Positions 38,146 to 47,157 of a stretch of 64,000 nucleotides of DNA are shown here, piece after piece. The stretch's first letter is position 1, and the number at the start of each line of letters is the position of its first letter. The DNA comes from Bryobacterales bacterium. Its GTDB lineage: Bacteria; Acidobacteriota; Terriglobia; Bryobacterales; UBA6623. The translations under genes were made by a program, and so were the position numbers. The notes beneath the pieces were generated by a model. The model worked only from the letters and a program-made list of their open reading frames with translations. It had not been told where the DNA came from and searched no databases. The stretch is from the NCBI GenBank assembly GCA_965216215.1, contig CBDCFO010000006.1, positions 89,870-153,869 on the forward strand. Direction: 5' to 3'.

Positions 38146-40152
38146 TCACCGAGGAAGGGCGAACGCTTGCAGGGCGTCGGTGAATTCGTGGCTGAGCTTG
38201 TTGCCCCCTCCGGCGGCGATCACGACGAACTGTCGTCCGGATTCTGGACCCAGATAGGTCATCGGGTTAGCGTGGCCGCTGCCTGCGAGTTCCGCCTCCC
38301 ACAAGATCTTGCCCGTCTCTGAGTCGAAGGCGCGGAATCTTCGATCGTTGCTGGCTCCGATGAATACGAGATCGCCCGCCGTTGCAATCGGGCCTCCCAT
38401 GTTGATCGTGCCGGTCGGAGGCACGCCGCGAGCGGTCAGCTCGGGGATTTCTCCGAGCGGCACTTGCCAGTCGTATTCGCCGGTCCACAGGTCAATCGAG
38501 CTCAGGACACCCCAAGGCGGTTGCTGGCATGGCCACAGCTTTTCCGGATCCCAGAACTTGTTCTGCCGCACGTCGATCCTCTTGCGGCGGTAAGTCACGT
38601 TGCGGCCGAGACCCTCGCGCGTCACCAGTTCCCTCCCAACAGCTTGGCCGGGATCGCTGGCGCTGCGGGCCTCCATCACCACGATGTCAGCTAGATTGGT
38701 GCCATTGACGAAGAACCGTCCCCGGGGGTCGTAGCAGGCACCGCCCCACTCGCCTCCGCCTTGATTGGACGGGAAGATAATGACTCCGTCTTCGGTCCCG
38801 GGGTGGTAGAGCGGAGCGATTCGATAGCGACTCGCGAGCCCTTTCGCCCAAGCGTTATGCTCCGGGGTCACTGTAGACAGTTCGTCCGCAGTCATCGACT
38901 GCCGCACGAACGGTGCCGGCTTGCTCGGAATGGGCTGGGTTAACGCCGGGTATTCGCCTGGGGCGCAGTCTTGGGGCACCGGTCGCTCCTTGATGTCGAA
39001 CAGGGGTGCGCCAGTCTCGCGGTTCAGCACGTACACGAAGCCCTGCTTGCTAACTTGCGCGACCGCAGGGATCCTTTTCGCCAACCGGTGCGCCGTCTCC
39101 GGGTCTACCACGTCGTCGCTGCCGGGTCTTGCATGTTGTGGAAAGGGATAGTCGCGCGCCGGTCCCGCCTGTGCGCGGCCCGTGAGGTCGAACAGAACCG
39201 GCTGGGCGCAAAGGTCGTAGTCCCAGATGTCGTGGTGAGTGGCTTGGAAATGCCACTGACACTCGCCGGTCGAAGCATCCAGCGCGAGCAGACAGTTCGC
39301 GTAGAGATTGTCGCCCAAGCGATCGCCACCGTAGTAATCGTAGGTTGGCGAATCGGTTGGCACGTACAGCAAGCCGCGTTCCGTATCGACGCTCAGCGGG
39401 GGCCAGGCCACGCCCCCCTTTCTGCCTTTCCAGGAGTCGCGGTTCCAGGTCGCCTTCGCATGCTCGTCGTCCGGCGGCACTTTGTGCCGGGTCCAGGCAA
39501 GCTGCCCGGTGCGCACATCGAAGGCTCGCAGGGTCGGCGCGTTGCCCCCGATGATGGCCAAGTCCTCGAAGATCGTGGGTGGGGATGTCAGCCGCACTCC
39601 CACATCGACCGTGCCGCCGTCGCCAAATCCCGCGCAGGGCTTGCCGGTGGCCGCGTCCAAGGCTATCAGCCGCCCGTCAAGCGTACCGTGCAATAGCCGC
39701 CGGTCCGAACCGTGCCGCCACAGACTCGCTCCGCGGTTCGCCCACAAGTTGTATCTACGGGAGAGGTCCAGGCCGGGGTCAAACGCCCACCGCTCCACTC
39801 CCGTCTCTGGGTCGAGCGCCAGCACGCGGTTGTGAGGCGTTGTGACGAACAACGTTCCGTCGGCCATGAGCGGCGTGCATTCGTACGCCGTGCGGGTTGG
39901 GTTCGCCGAACCGTCGCTGATCTCTCCGCAGTGGTGCGTCCAGGCCAGTTCCAAGCTCCCGACGCTGTCCCGATTGATTTGATTGAGCGCACTGAATCGA
40001 GCTCCGCCCGGATCGTGGCCCCATTCGGGCCATGCCCCGGCATCAGTGCCGGGCTCCGATTCAAGCGGAGATTTGCAAGACGGCAACGATCCTGCCGCCA
40101 GCGCGCCCCCTACACGGCGACTGAAAGAACGTCTGGTCAGCAGGTCGGCCAC
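38146..40152 (-). CDS. PQQ-dependent dehydrogenase (beta-propeller), Tat-signal
   Basis: Repeated W-containing PQQ propeller motifs. GTG 40152 gives (M)ADLLTRRSFSRRVGGALAAG, a twin-arginine signal. The track start at 40338 would overlap folE by more than 130 nt. Confidence 0.8.
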   Translation of the reverse strand: MADLLTRRSFSRRVGGALAAGSLPSCKSPLESEPGTDAGAWPEWGHDPGGARFSALNQINRDSVGSLELAWTHHCGEISDGSANPTRTAYECTPLMADGTLFVTTPHNRVLALDPETGVERWAFDPGLDLSRRYNLWANRGASLWRHGSDRRLLHGTLDGRLIALDAATGKPCAGFGDGGTVDVGVRLTSPPTIFEDLAIIGGNAPTLRAFDVRTGQLAWTRHKVPPDDEHAKATWNRDSWKGRKGGVAWPPLSVDTERGLLYVPTDSPTYDYYGGDRLGDNLYANCLLALDASTGECQWHFQATHHDIWDYDLCAQPVLFDLTGRAQAGPARDYPFPQHARPGSDDVVDPETAHRLAKRIPAVAQVSKQGFVYVLNRETGAPLFDIKERPVPQDCAPGEYPALTQPIPSKPAPFVRQSMTADELSTVTPEHNAWAKGLASRYRIAPLYHPGTEDGVIIFPSNQGGGEWGGACYDPRGRFFVNGTNLADIVVMEARSASDPGQAVGRELVTREGLGRNVTYRRKRIDVRQNKFWDPEKLWPCQQPPWGVLSSIDLWTGEYDWQVPLGEIPELTARGVPPTGTINMGGPIATAGDLVFIGASNDRRFRAFDSETGKILWEAELAGSGHANPMTYLGPESGRQFVVIAAGGGNKLSHEFTDALQAFALPR

Positions 40153-40205
40153 GGGGACAATTCTCGCCCATTCCGTCGTGCGGTGCGTGGCATCGCCGCG
40201 TCGGG

Positions 40206-40835
40206 CTACCGCCGTGCGCCCGTCCCGACGAGCGACAGGAATTCTTCCCGCGTCTTGGGATTGTCCCGGAAAACTCCCAGCATGGCGCTTGTAATCGTAG
40301 AGGAATGTTGCTTCTCCACGCCGCGCATCATCATGCACAAGTGCTGGGCCTCACAGATCACGCCGACGCCAGCAGGGTTGATTGCTCGTTGGATGGTATC
40401 CGCAATCTGCTGGGTGAGCCGTTCCTGGATTTGCAAGCGCCGCGCGAAGATATCGACCATGCGGGCCGTCTTGCTCAGTCCGATGACTTTCTTGTTCGGT
40501 ATGTAAGCGATATGCAGCGTCCCGAAGAACGGCAGCAGGTGGTGCTCGCAAAGCGAAAACACCTCAATGTCCTTGACGATGACCATTTCGTCGTAGGTTA
40601 CGTCGAACAGTGCTGACTGCAATACCTCCTCGGGGTCTTGCTCGTAGCCGCAAGTGAGTTCGCGAAGCGCCTTGGCGACCCGGTAAGGGGTGTCCCTCAG
40701 GCCGTCGCGGCTCGTGTCCTCGCCCAGATGGGTCAGAAGGTCATGAACCAGTGGCTGTAGTGGTTCGAGGGGCTTGCCCTCGCCGATTTCCGCTTCGATC
40801 TCTTCGAGCAGTTCGGTGGTGTTCAGTGCAGTCAT
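40206..40835 (-). CDS. folE: GTP cyclohydrolase I
   Basis: ...[21 protein letters not shown]...QERLTQQIA...[15 protein letters not shown] 40835 overlaps the upstream stop (ATGA). Confidence 0.95.
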   Translation of the reverse strand: MTALNTTELLEEIEAEIGEGKPLEPLQPLVHDLLTHLGEDTSRDGLRDTPYRVAKALRELTCGYEQDPEEVLQSALFDVTYDEMVIVKDIEVFSLCEHHLLPFFGTLHIAYIPNKKVIGLSKTARMVDIFARRLQIQERLTQQIADTIQRAINPAGVGVICEAQHLCMMMRGVEKQHSSTITSAMLGVFRDNPKTREEFLSLVGTGARR

Positions 40836-41275
40836 TGGGTCTTGGGTGATCCTCCGGGCGGCAGCCGGAAGCTGTTGCGCGGCGTCTCCTCGAGACGCAG
40901 GTCTGCTAGCCGAGCCGTCTGGCCCGTGAAGTGCTCGTGCCATGCTTCGCGAAGCCAAGTTTCCACGACGAGGAGCAGGTTCTCTGACGTCGGGACGCAA
41001 GCCCGGAACTCCGGGATTTCAGTGTTTAGATGGGTGTGCTCGATGCGGCCAAGGACCGCCCCCGCGACCCAGCCGTCAAGCGCCTCACGCGGCAAGAGCA
41101 TGCCCGTGAGCGGGTCGGGGTCCCCTTGGACGCTGACTTCGAGATAGTAGTTGTGGCCGTGGCCGAAGGAGTTCGAGCATTTCCCGAAGACCTCCCGGTT
41201 GCGCTCCTCGCTGTACGATGCCGCCCGTAGCTGGTGGGAGGCGGAGAAGCGGTAGCGGCGTGTCAAAGTCGTCAC
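40832..41275 (-). CDS. queD: 6-carboxytetrahydropterin synthase / PTPS (QueD-type, catalytic Cys present)
   Basis: FSASHQL...[17 protein letters not shown]. Confidence 0.85.
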   Translation of the reverse strand: MTTLTRRYRFSASHQLRAASYSEERNREVFGKCSNSFGHGHNYYLEVSVQGDPDPLTGMLLPREALDGWVAGAVLGRIEHTHLNTEIPEFRACVPTSENLLLVVETWLREAWHEHFTGQTARLADLRLEETPRNSFRLPPGGSPKTQ

Positions 41276-41691
41276 GGTGCCGGCGTCTCGCTGTATTCCA
41301 CGAACAGATCGTCGCTCTCGTGGAGCCTGATAGAGTGCAGAGCGGGGCCCAGCTGTCCGATAGGATCCTTGAGCCTTCGCCAGATGTCCCGGGCGACATT
41401 CTCCGCAGTCGGTACGATTTCATCGAACGGCGGCACTTCGTGGTTGAGAAACCGGTGATCGTACACGTCCAGCACGTTTTCTCGAATGATCTCTTTGAGC
41501 GCCTTCAGGTCAAGGACCATGCCGTGAATCGGATCGACATCACCGCGGACCGTGACTTCGACAACGTAGTTGTGCCCGTGCCCGAGTGGACGGCTTTCCC
41601 TGCCATACAGCCGCTCGTTCTCCTCGCTGGAGAGCCGCGGGTCGGCACACACATGCGATGCCGAGAACTCGGCTTTGCGGGTGATCAGCAT
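41272..41691 (-). CDS. PTPS/QueD paralog with Glu in place of the catalytic Cys (PTPS-III-like)
   Basis: FSASHVC...YGRESRPLGHGHNYVVEV aligns with [11 protein letters not shown] of the neighbouring paralog. Confidence 0.75.
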   Translation of the reverse strand: MLITRKAEFSASHVCADPRLSSEENERLYGRESRPLGHGHNYVVEVTVRGDVDPIHGMVLDLKALKEIIRENVLDVYDHRFLNHEVPPFDEIVPTAENVARDIWRRLKDPIGQLGPALHSIRLHESDDLFVEYSETPAP

Positions 41692-41750
41692 CGCTCGGGG
41701 CTTGGTGCTCTCTCCGCTCGGCGGGTACAGTGAAAGCGTAAGCTTCGATT

Positions 41751-42272
41751 ATGGCACGCATCGGCAGGGAAACAGTCGTTTACGGTCTCGCGCTTGCCTT
41801 GGTCTGCGTCATGGTCTATCGCGTCCAAGGCTATCTGCGCGTCTATGACGTGCAGCCGAGCGACCGAGCGCCGAGATTCAGCCTGGTCGGCGATCAAGGC
41901 ACGGGGGTGAGCCTGGAGGACTATGAAGGGAAGGTCGTCCTGTTGAATTTCTGGGCTACTTGGTGTCCTCCCTGCGTGCAGGAGATGCCATCTTTGAACA
42001 ATGCCTACGAGCGTTTCAGGGACGATGGATTCGTCGTTCTCGGAATCAGCGTCGATGAGGACGAGGACGAGTATCACAGCTTCTTGCGGGACTCGGGAGT
42101 GACGTTCCCGACTGTTCGCGATCCTGACCGCACCGTCAGCACCCGCTATGGGACGATGAAGTATCCGGAATCGTATCTGATCTCCCGGGACGGAAGAGTT
42201 CTGCGCAAGTATGTCGGGCCCGAGAATTGGGGGCGCCCCGAGATTTCCAACTACCTGCGTTCAGTTCTCTGA
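41751..42272 (+). CDS. TlpA/ResA-like thiol-disulfide oxidoreductase
   Basis: N-terminal TM anchor and FWATWCPPC thioredoxin motif. Confidence 0.9.
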   Translation: MARIGRETVVYGLALALVCVMVYRVQGYLRVYDVQPSDRAPRFSLVGDQGTGVSLEDYEGKVVLLNFWATWCPPCVQEMPSLNNAYERFRDDGFVVLGISVDEDEDEYHSFLRDSGVTFPTVRDPDRTVSTRYGTMKYPESYLISRDGRVLRKYVGPENWGRPEISNYLRSVL

Positions 42273-42333
42273 CCGTTTCGTGCTGATCGCTTGACGAGCC
42301 CGCTATCCGGATCCAGAATATGGGAGAGACTTC

Positions 42334-42735
42334 ATGGCATTGCGTTTATTCCTGGCGCTCGCGATCACAGCCTTGGGCTTGAATGCGCAGCAAAAGACAG
42401 TCAGTTCCAGCACCCGCCCTGGCGTCAATGACAACGCAGACGGTGCCCTTGAAGGGACCCGGCCTGAGAAAGTGCTGCAAATCGTCAAGTCGAAAGGGGC
42501 CGTTACCAGCGTGGACTTGGAGAAGCGGACGGTAGCGCTCGCGCTGGACAAGGGCGGGCCAATTGAACTGGCGTTCTCGCAGCCAACCGGCCGCGAGCAA
42601 ATCAAGTACGGCAAGAAGGCTTCCAAGCGGCTGGGAGTGAACCGCCTGCGGCTCGAGGAGCTCCGCGAAGGATCGAAGGTCCGCGTGCAGTACTACCCGT
42701 TGCTAAGCCAGCTTCTGGAAATTGTCGTGAACTAG
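42334..42735 (+). CDS. Secreted hypothetical protein (133 aa)
   Basis: Signal peptide MALRLFLALAITALGLNAQQ. No known family. Confidence 0.55.
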   Translation: MALRLFLALAITALGLNAQQKTVSSSTRPGVNDNADGALEGTRPEKVLQIVKSKGAVTSVDLEKRTVALALDKGGPIELAFSQPTGREQIKYGKKASKRLGVNRLRLEELREGSKVRVQYYPLLSQLLEIVVN

Positions 42736-43217
42736 GCTGCCGGGGCTGCGTCGCCCAGTTGCTGGGAGAGGTAGATGCCCAGGCCCATGTCGTCGATCAT
42801 CTGGTGTTGGGACTCCAGCCAATCGACATGCTCTTCCTCGTCCTTGAGAATCGTCTCGAAGAGATCGCGTGACGCGTTGTCTCCCTCCGCTACCGCGTCC
42901 TTGATCGCGACATTGAGGACGCTCACGGCTTCGCACTCGAGATTTAAATCGTTGGTCAGTTGTTCCTTCACGTTCTGCCCGACCTGGAGGGGGCTCAGCT
43001 CACCCATCCCCGGAACGCCCTCAAGAAACAGGATGCGCTCGATCAGCACCTCGGCGTGCTTCATTTCGCCGAATGCCTGCATTTTGATGAGTCCGCCAAG
43101 CTTCGTGTAACCCCAGTTGTCGCACATCTCGGCATGCACGATGTACTGGTGAATCGCGGTGAATTCGCCCTTCAGGACAACATTCAAGTGACCGATGATT
43201 TTGGAGCTACCCTTCAT
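42732..43217 (-). CDS. bfr: Bacterioferritin
   Basis: MKGSSKIIGHLNVVLKGEFTAIHQYIVHAEMC...FGEMKHAEVLIERILFLEG... ferroxidase ligands and heme Met. Confidence 0.93.
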   Translation of the reverse strand: MKGSSKIIGHLNVVLKGEFTAIHQYIVHAEMCDNWGYTKLGGLIKMQAFGEMKHAEVLIERILFLEGVPGMGELSPLQVGQNVKEQLTNDLNLECEAVSVLNVAIKDAVAEGDNASRDLFETILKDEEEHVDWLESQHQMIDDMGLGIYLSQQLGDAAPAA

Positions 43218-43342
43218 GGCTTCATGCTAGCAGACACCGCCGTGGCTGCCGTCCACGGCGGTCGCGATCGAATCGCTGCTTCGGTGACGTGCCGGTCCCA
43301 GCTCCGCAATGGACCCAAGACGCCTTCCGGATGTCGAGGCGT

Positions 43343-43370
43343 TTGGATTGCGCTTCCAACCTGATAGAAT
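43343..43370 (+). promoter_or_regulatory. Candidate sigma-70 promoter for the 43411 gene
   Basis: TTGGAT (43343-43348), 16-nt spacer, TAGAAT (43365-43370). AAAGGAG SD lies before ATG 43411. Confidence 0.35.
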
Positions 43371-43410
43371 TGCAGTGTCTTTCGAGGCGCAAAGGAGCCT
43401 ATCCCAGATC

Positions 43411-44250
43411 ATGACCTCTCCAACTCGACGTTCGTTCCTCGGGGCGGCTGCCGCCCTTCCAGCGGTCGCTGCCGCGTCGAACCACCCCGCTGCCGGCGCA
43501 CATCACTGGACCGATCTCAAGCTCGCCGTCGCGACGTACTCGTTACGCAAGTTCAGCCGATCGGCCGCGATCGACATCATTCGAGGCCTCGGAATCAAGT
43601 ACGTGAACGTGAAGTCATTCCATATGCCGTACTATCTTTCCGCTCGCGACATGAAGGCTGCCCGGGCCGAGTTCGAGAGGGCTGGGCTTGAGATCGTCGC
43701 AGGCGGGAACATTTCCTTGAAGAGCGACGACCCCGCTGAGCTTGAGCCCTACTTCAAGTACGCCGTGGCGGCTGGAATGCCAGTCATGGTGTGCGCACCG
43801 ACGCACTCCAATCTCGGCCAAATCGAGAAGCTGGCGATCAAGTATGACCGCAAGATGGCAATCCACAATCACGGTCCGGAAGACAACTTCTTTCCAGCTC
43901 CGAGTGATGTGATGAAGCGCGTCAAGGACATGGACCCGCGGATGGGGCTGTGTGTGGACATCGGGCACACGGTGCGCACCGGGGCCGATATTCTGGAAGA
44001 AATTGACGGCGGTTGGGATCGCGTTTACGATTTTCACGTCAAGGATCTGACAGACTTCACCGACAAGGATAGCCGTGTTGATGTCGGGGACGGAAAGATG
44101 CCGATCGCGGATATCTTCACGATGCTGAAGAAGCGCAAGTACGAAGGTGTCGTCGGGCTGGAATACGAAGTCACTGCCGACCACCCGCAACTCGGCATGG
44201 CCAAGTCATTCTCGTACATGCGGGGCGTGCTCGACGGTTTGGCTTCGTAG
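43411..44250 (+). CDS. Xylose-isomerase-like TIM-barrel sugar phosphate isomerase/epimerase, Tat signal
   Basis: MTSPTRRSFLGAAAALPAVAA is a twin-arginine signal. AP_endonuc_2-like motifs (IHNHG, VDIGH, HVKD). Confidence 0.85.
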   Translation: MTSPTRRSFLGAAAALPAVAAASNHPAAGAHHWTDLKLAVATYSLRKFSRSAAIDIIRGLGIKYVNVKSFHMPYYLSARDMKAARAEFERAGLEIVAGGNISLKSDDPAELEPYFKYAVAAGMPVMVCAPTHSNLGQIEKLAIKYDRKMAIHNHGPEDNFFPAPSDVMKRVKDMDPRMGLCVDIGHTVRTGADILEEIDGGWDRVYDFHVKDLTDFTDKDSRVDVGDGKMPIADIFTMLKKRKYEGVVGLEYEVTADHPQLGMAKSFSYMRGVLDGLAS

Positions 44251-44291
44251 CCGGGTCTGCCCGTCCATCCGGGCCTTGCGCCCGACCGTGA

Positions 44292-45581
44292 TCATTCTGG
44301 GCGCGCCGCCGCGTAAGCTTCGTCGAGAAGCTCGACGACATGCATTACCGGTAACGGGCGGGCCAAGTGCCGCGTGCCGGCCTTCAATTGCAGCATGCAC
44401 CCCGGATTCGCGGTCACGATGGTGTCGGCGTGTGTCGATTCCACCATGCGCATCTTCTCCTCGAGCAGAGCCATGGACATATCCGTGTGCTCGATGTTGT
44501 AAACCCCGGCAGAGCCACAGCAGATTTCGCTGAACGGAAGCTCGCGCAGCGTGACACCCGGGATCGCACGGATCACCTCGCGGGGCGCGCCGCTGATCTT
44601 CTGACCGTGTAGCAGGTGACACGAATCCTGGTACGTCACGGTTCGATCCACCCTGCCGAATTCAGTGTTGAGCGGGATCGAAGCCAGGAACTCGCTCACG
44701 TCGCGCATCTTGCCAGCGAATGCTGCGGCTCTGTCGTGCCATTCGGGATCATGCTCGAATAGGTCGGCGTACTCCTTCAGCACGGAGCCGCAGCCGGCTG
44801 TGTTTGTGATGATCGCGTCGTACTGGCCGGACTCCAAGGCAATGATGTTCTTCCTTGCCTGCTCGCGTCCAAGCGCCCGCAAGCCGGCATGTACGTGGAG
44901 GGCGCCGCAGCATTCTTGCTCCGCAGGGACGGTGACTTCGCAACCGTTCTTGCACAGCACACGGACTGTGGCCTCGTTCAAGCGGCTAAAGAATACGTTC
45001 TGCATGCATCCGGCCATCAGTGCGACGCGGAACTTCGTCTCCCCGTCCGCCGGAAACACTTTGCCTAGGCTGGAAAAGAAGAATGGTGCTTGGGCCTCTG
45101 GCGCGAGGCGGGCAATCACGCCCAGGCGGCCGAGACTGTCGAGAAAGCCGGTCGACTGCATCATGCTCGCCAAGCCGCTGCGCTGGTAGAACAGCAGCCC
45201 GATGCCAGCAGCCTTTAGCAGCAGCGGGCTGCGCAAGACCATGCTGTAGACCAGCCAGCGCAGCAAGCGGTGTGGAAGGGGCCGTCGAATGGAATTCTCG
45301 ATTTGCGCTAGGGCGCCTTCGATCAACCGGCCGTATTGCACTCCTGACGGACAGGCTGTTTCGCATGCCCGGCAGGCGAGGCACAGCTCGATGTGTTCGA
45401 CATAGTCGTCCGAGATTTCGATCCTGCCTTCAGAGACCTCGACCATCTGGTAGATCCGGCCCCTTGGGGAATCCATTTCGACGCCGAGTTCGCGATAGGT
45501 TGGACAGGCGTTCAAGCAGAGGCCGCAATGGACGCACTTCCGCAAGTCGGATTCCTGCGGTGTGTCTACCGGAACTGCCAT
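44292..45581 (-). CDS. (Fe-S)-binding protein, GlcF / heterodisulfide-reductase-like (2x4Fe-4S + CCG domains)
   Basis: CVHCGLCLNACPTY...SPRGRI...CLACRACETACP. C-terminal CCG motifs (CCGA, CCGSAG). Confidence 0.85.
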   Translation of the reverse strand: MAVPVDTPQESDLRKCVHCGLCLNACPTYRELGVEMDSPRGRIYQMVEVSEGRIEISDDYVEHIELCLACRACETACPSGVQYGRLIEGALAQIENSIRRPLPHRLLRWLVYSMVLRSPLLLKAAGIGLLFYQRSGLASMMQSTGFLDSLGRLGVIARLAPEAQAPFFFSSLGKVFPADGETKFRVALMAGCMQNVFFSRLNEATVRVLCKNGCEVTVPAEQECCGALHVHAGLRALGREQARKNIIALESGQYDAIITNTAGCGSVLKEYADLFEHDPEWHDRAAAFAGKMRDVSEFLASIPLNTEFGRVDRTVTYQDSCHLLHGQKISGAPREVIRAIPGVTLRELPFSEICCGSAGVYNIEHTDMSMALLEEKMRMVESTHADTIVTANPGCMLQLKAGTRHLARPLPVMHVVELLDEAYAAARPE

Positions 45582-45651
45582 GGAGAACTTCAGGGGCGGA
45601 GCCAGAGCCTTTCGATCTGAGTCAGAGTCGGCGGCCCTCTCCAGAGCGCCT

Positions 45652-47109
45652 CTAGGCGAGGATTTCCCTATGGACGAGCCCGGCTACGTCGGTCAAGCGG
45701 AAGTCGCGGCCCGAAAACTGATACGTCAGCTTCTCGTGATCCATGCCCAGAAGGTGCAGCACTGTGGCATGGAAGTCATGGATGTGCATGCGGTTGACCT
45801 CGGCGTGGTATCCGATCTCGTCCGTTGCTCCGTATTGGAATCCTTTCTTCACTCCCGCGCCCGCCATCCAGAGGGTATAGCCGTACGGATTGTGGTCCCG
45901 CCCGTCACCACCCTGGCTCACTGGAGTCCTGCCGAATTCTCCCGCCCAGATTACCAGCGTCTCATCAAGCATGCCGCGAGCCTTCAGGTCTTTCAACAGT
46001 CCTGCAATCGGCTTGTCCACTTCTGCCGCGTTCTTGTTATGCCGGTTGAACAGTTCGGAGTGCTGGTCCCACTTGTACGAATGCGTGCACTGCACGAAGC
46101 GCACATCGCGCTCGCTCAGGCGACGCGCAAGCAAGCATTGCCAGCCGAAATCGGCGGTAGTGGGATTGTCCAAGCCGTATAGCTTGCGGGTAGCTTCGGA
46201 CTCCTTTTCGACTTCGAAGGCTTCCGGTGCCTTCACTTGCATGCGGAACGCCAGTTCGAACGATTGGATGCGGGCCTCCAGACGCGGGTCGAACTTGCGT
46301 ATCTCGGCGTGCCGCCGATTGACGTTTCGCAGCATGTCCAGTTCGTAGCGTTGCTGTTCCTGCGACAGGCCTTTGTTGGAAAGGTATTCGATGGGTTCGC
46401 CCTGCACATCGGAGACATTGAGTCCGGCGTGGCCGATGGGCGTGCCTTGGAACGAACCCGGCAGGAACGCTGAGGACCAGTTCTTCGCTCCGCCATGGGA
46501 GAGGGCTGGCTTGATGGTGATGTAGCCGGGCAGGTTCTGGTTTTCCGTCCCCAAGCCGTAAACCACCCACGATCCCAGGCTGGGCCGCGTGAAAGTGCTG
46601 GTTCCGGTGAAGGTCTGCAGTAGGGCGGCACCGTGATCCACGCCTTCGCCGACCATCGAATGCACAAAGCACATGTCATCGACGCACTCGCGCACGTTAG
46701 GGAAAAGGTCGCTGACTAGAATCCCGCTCTTGCCTCCGGGCCTGAATTTCCAGAGCGGCTTCATCAGGGGGCCCGCCTCTTCGTCATCGAAGGCTAGCGG
46801 GCGCTTGATCGGCAGCGGGTTGCCGTGATTCTGTTCAAGGTACGGCTTGTATTCAAACGTGTCGACAGACGAGGGCCCGCCATGCATGAACAGGAATATG
46901 ACGTGCTTTGCCTTCGGTTCGAAGTGCGGCGCTCGCACTGCCAATGGGTTGGCGGGATCGAAGTCCACGTTTGCAGCACGAGCCGTATTCCGGTCGAACA
47001 GGCCTCCGAGCGCCATCATTCCGAAGCCGCATGCCGAGTCTCGCAGCATGCCTCGCCGGGTCACGGGCCGGACCGCATTCATGTGGCCGATCATTCGCTC
47101 GTAATCCAT
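45652..47109 (-). CDS. DUF1501 (sulfatase-like) protein, Tat signal
   Basis: TRRGMLRDS Tat motif, FLFMHGGPSSVDTFEYKP, and RDHNPYGYTLWMAGAGVK. Confidence 0.9.
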   Translation of the reverse strand: MDYERMIGHMNAVRPVTRRGMLRDSACGFGMMALGGLFDRNTARAANVDFDPANPLAVRAPHFEPKAKHVIFLFMHGGPSSVDTFEYKPYLEQNHGNPLPIKRPLAFDDEEAGPLMKPLWKFRPGGKSGILVSDLFPNVRECVDDMCFVHSMVGEGVDHGAALLQTFTGTSTFTRPSLGSWVVYGLGTENQNLPGYITIKPALSHGGAKNWSSAFLPGSFQGTPIGHAGLNVSDVQGEPIEYLSNKGLSQEQQRYELDMLRNVNRRHAEIRKFDPRLEARIQSFELAFRMQVKAPEAFEVEKESEATRKLYGLDNPTTADFGWQCLLARRLSERDVRFVQCTHSYKWDQHSELFNRHNKNAAEVDKPIAGLLKDLKARGMLDETLVIWAGEFGRTPVSQGGDGRDHNPYGYTLWMAGAGVKKGFQYGATDEIGYHAEVNRMHIHDFHATVLHLLGMDHEKLTYQFSGRDFRLTDVAGLVHREILA

Positions 47110-47157
47110 TGTTTTTCCTGCGATTCTCCGACACCCACTGGTTGTCCGCGTTAGCCC

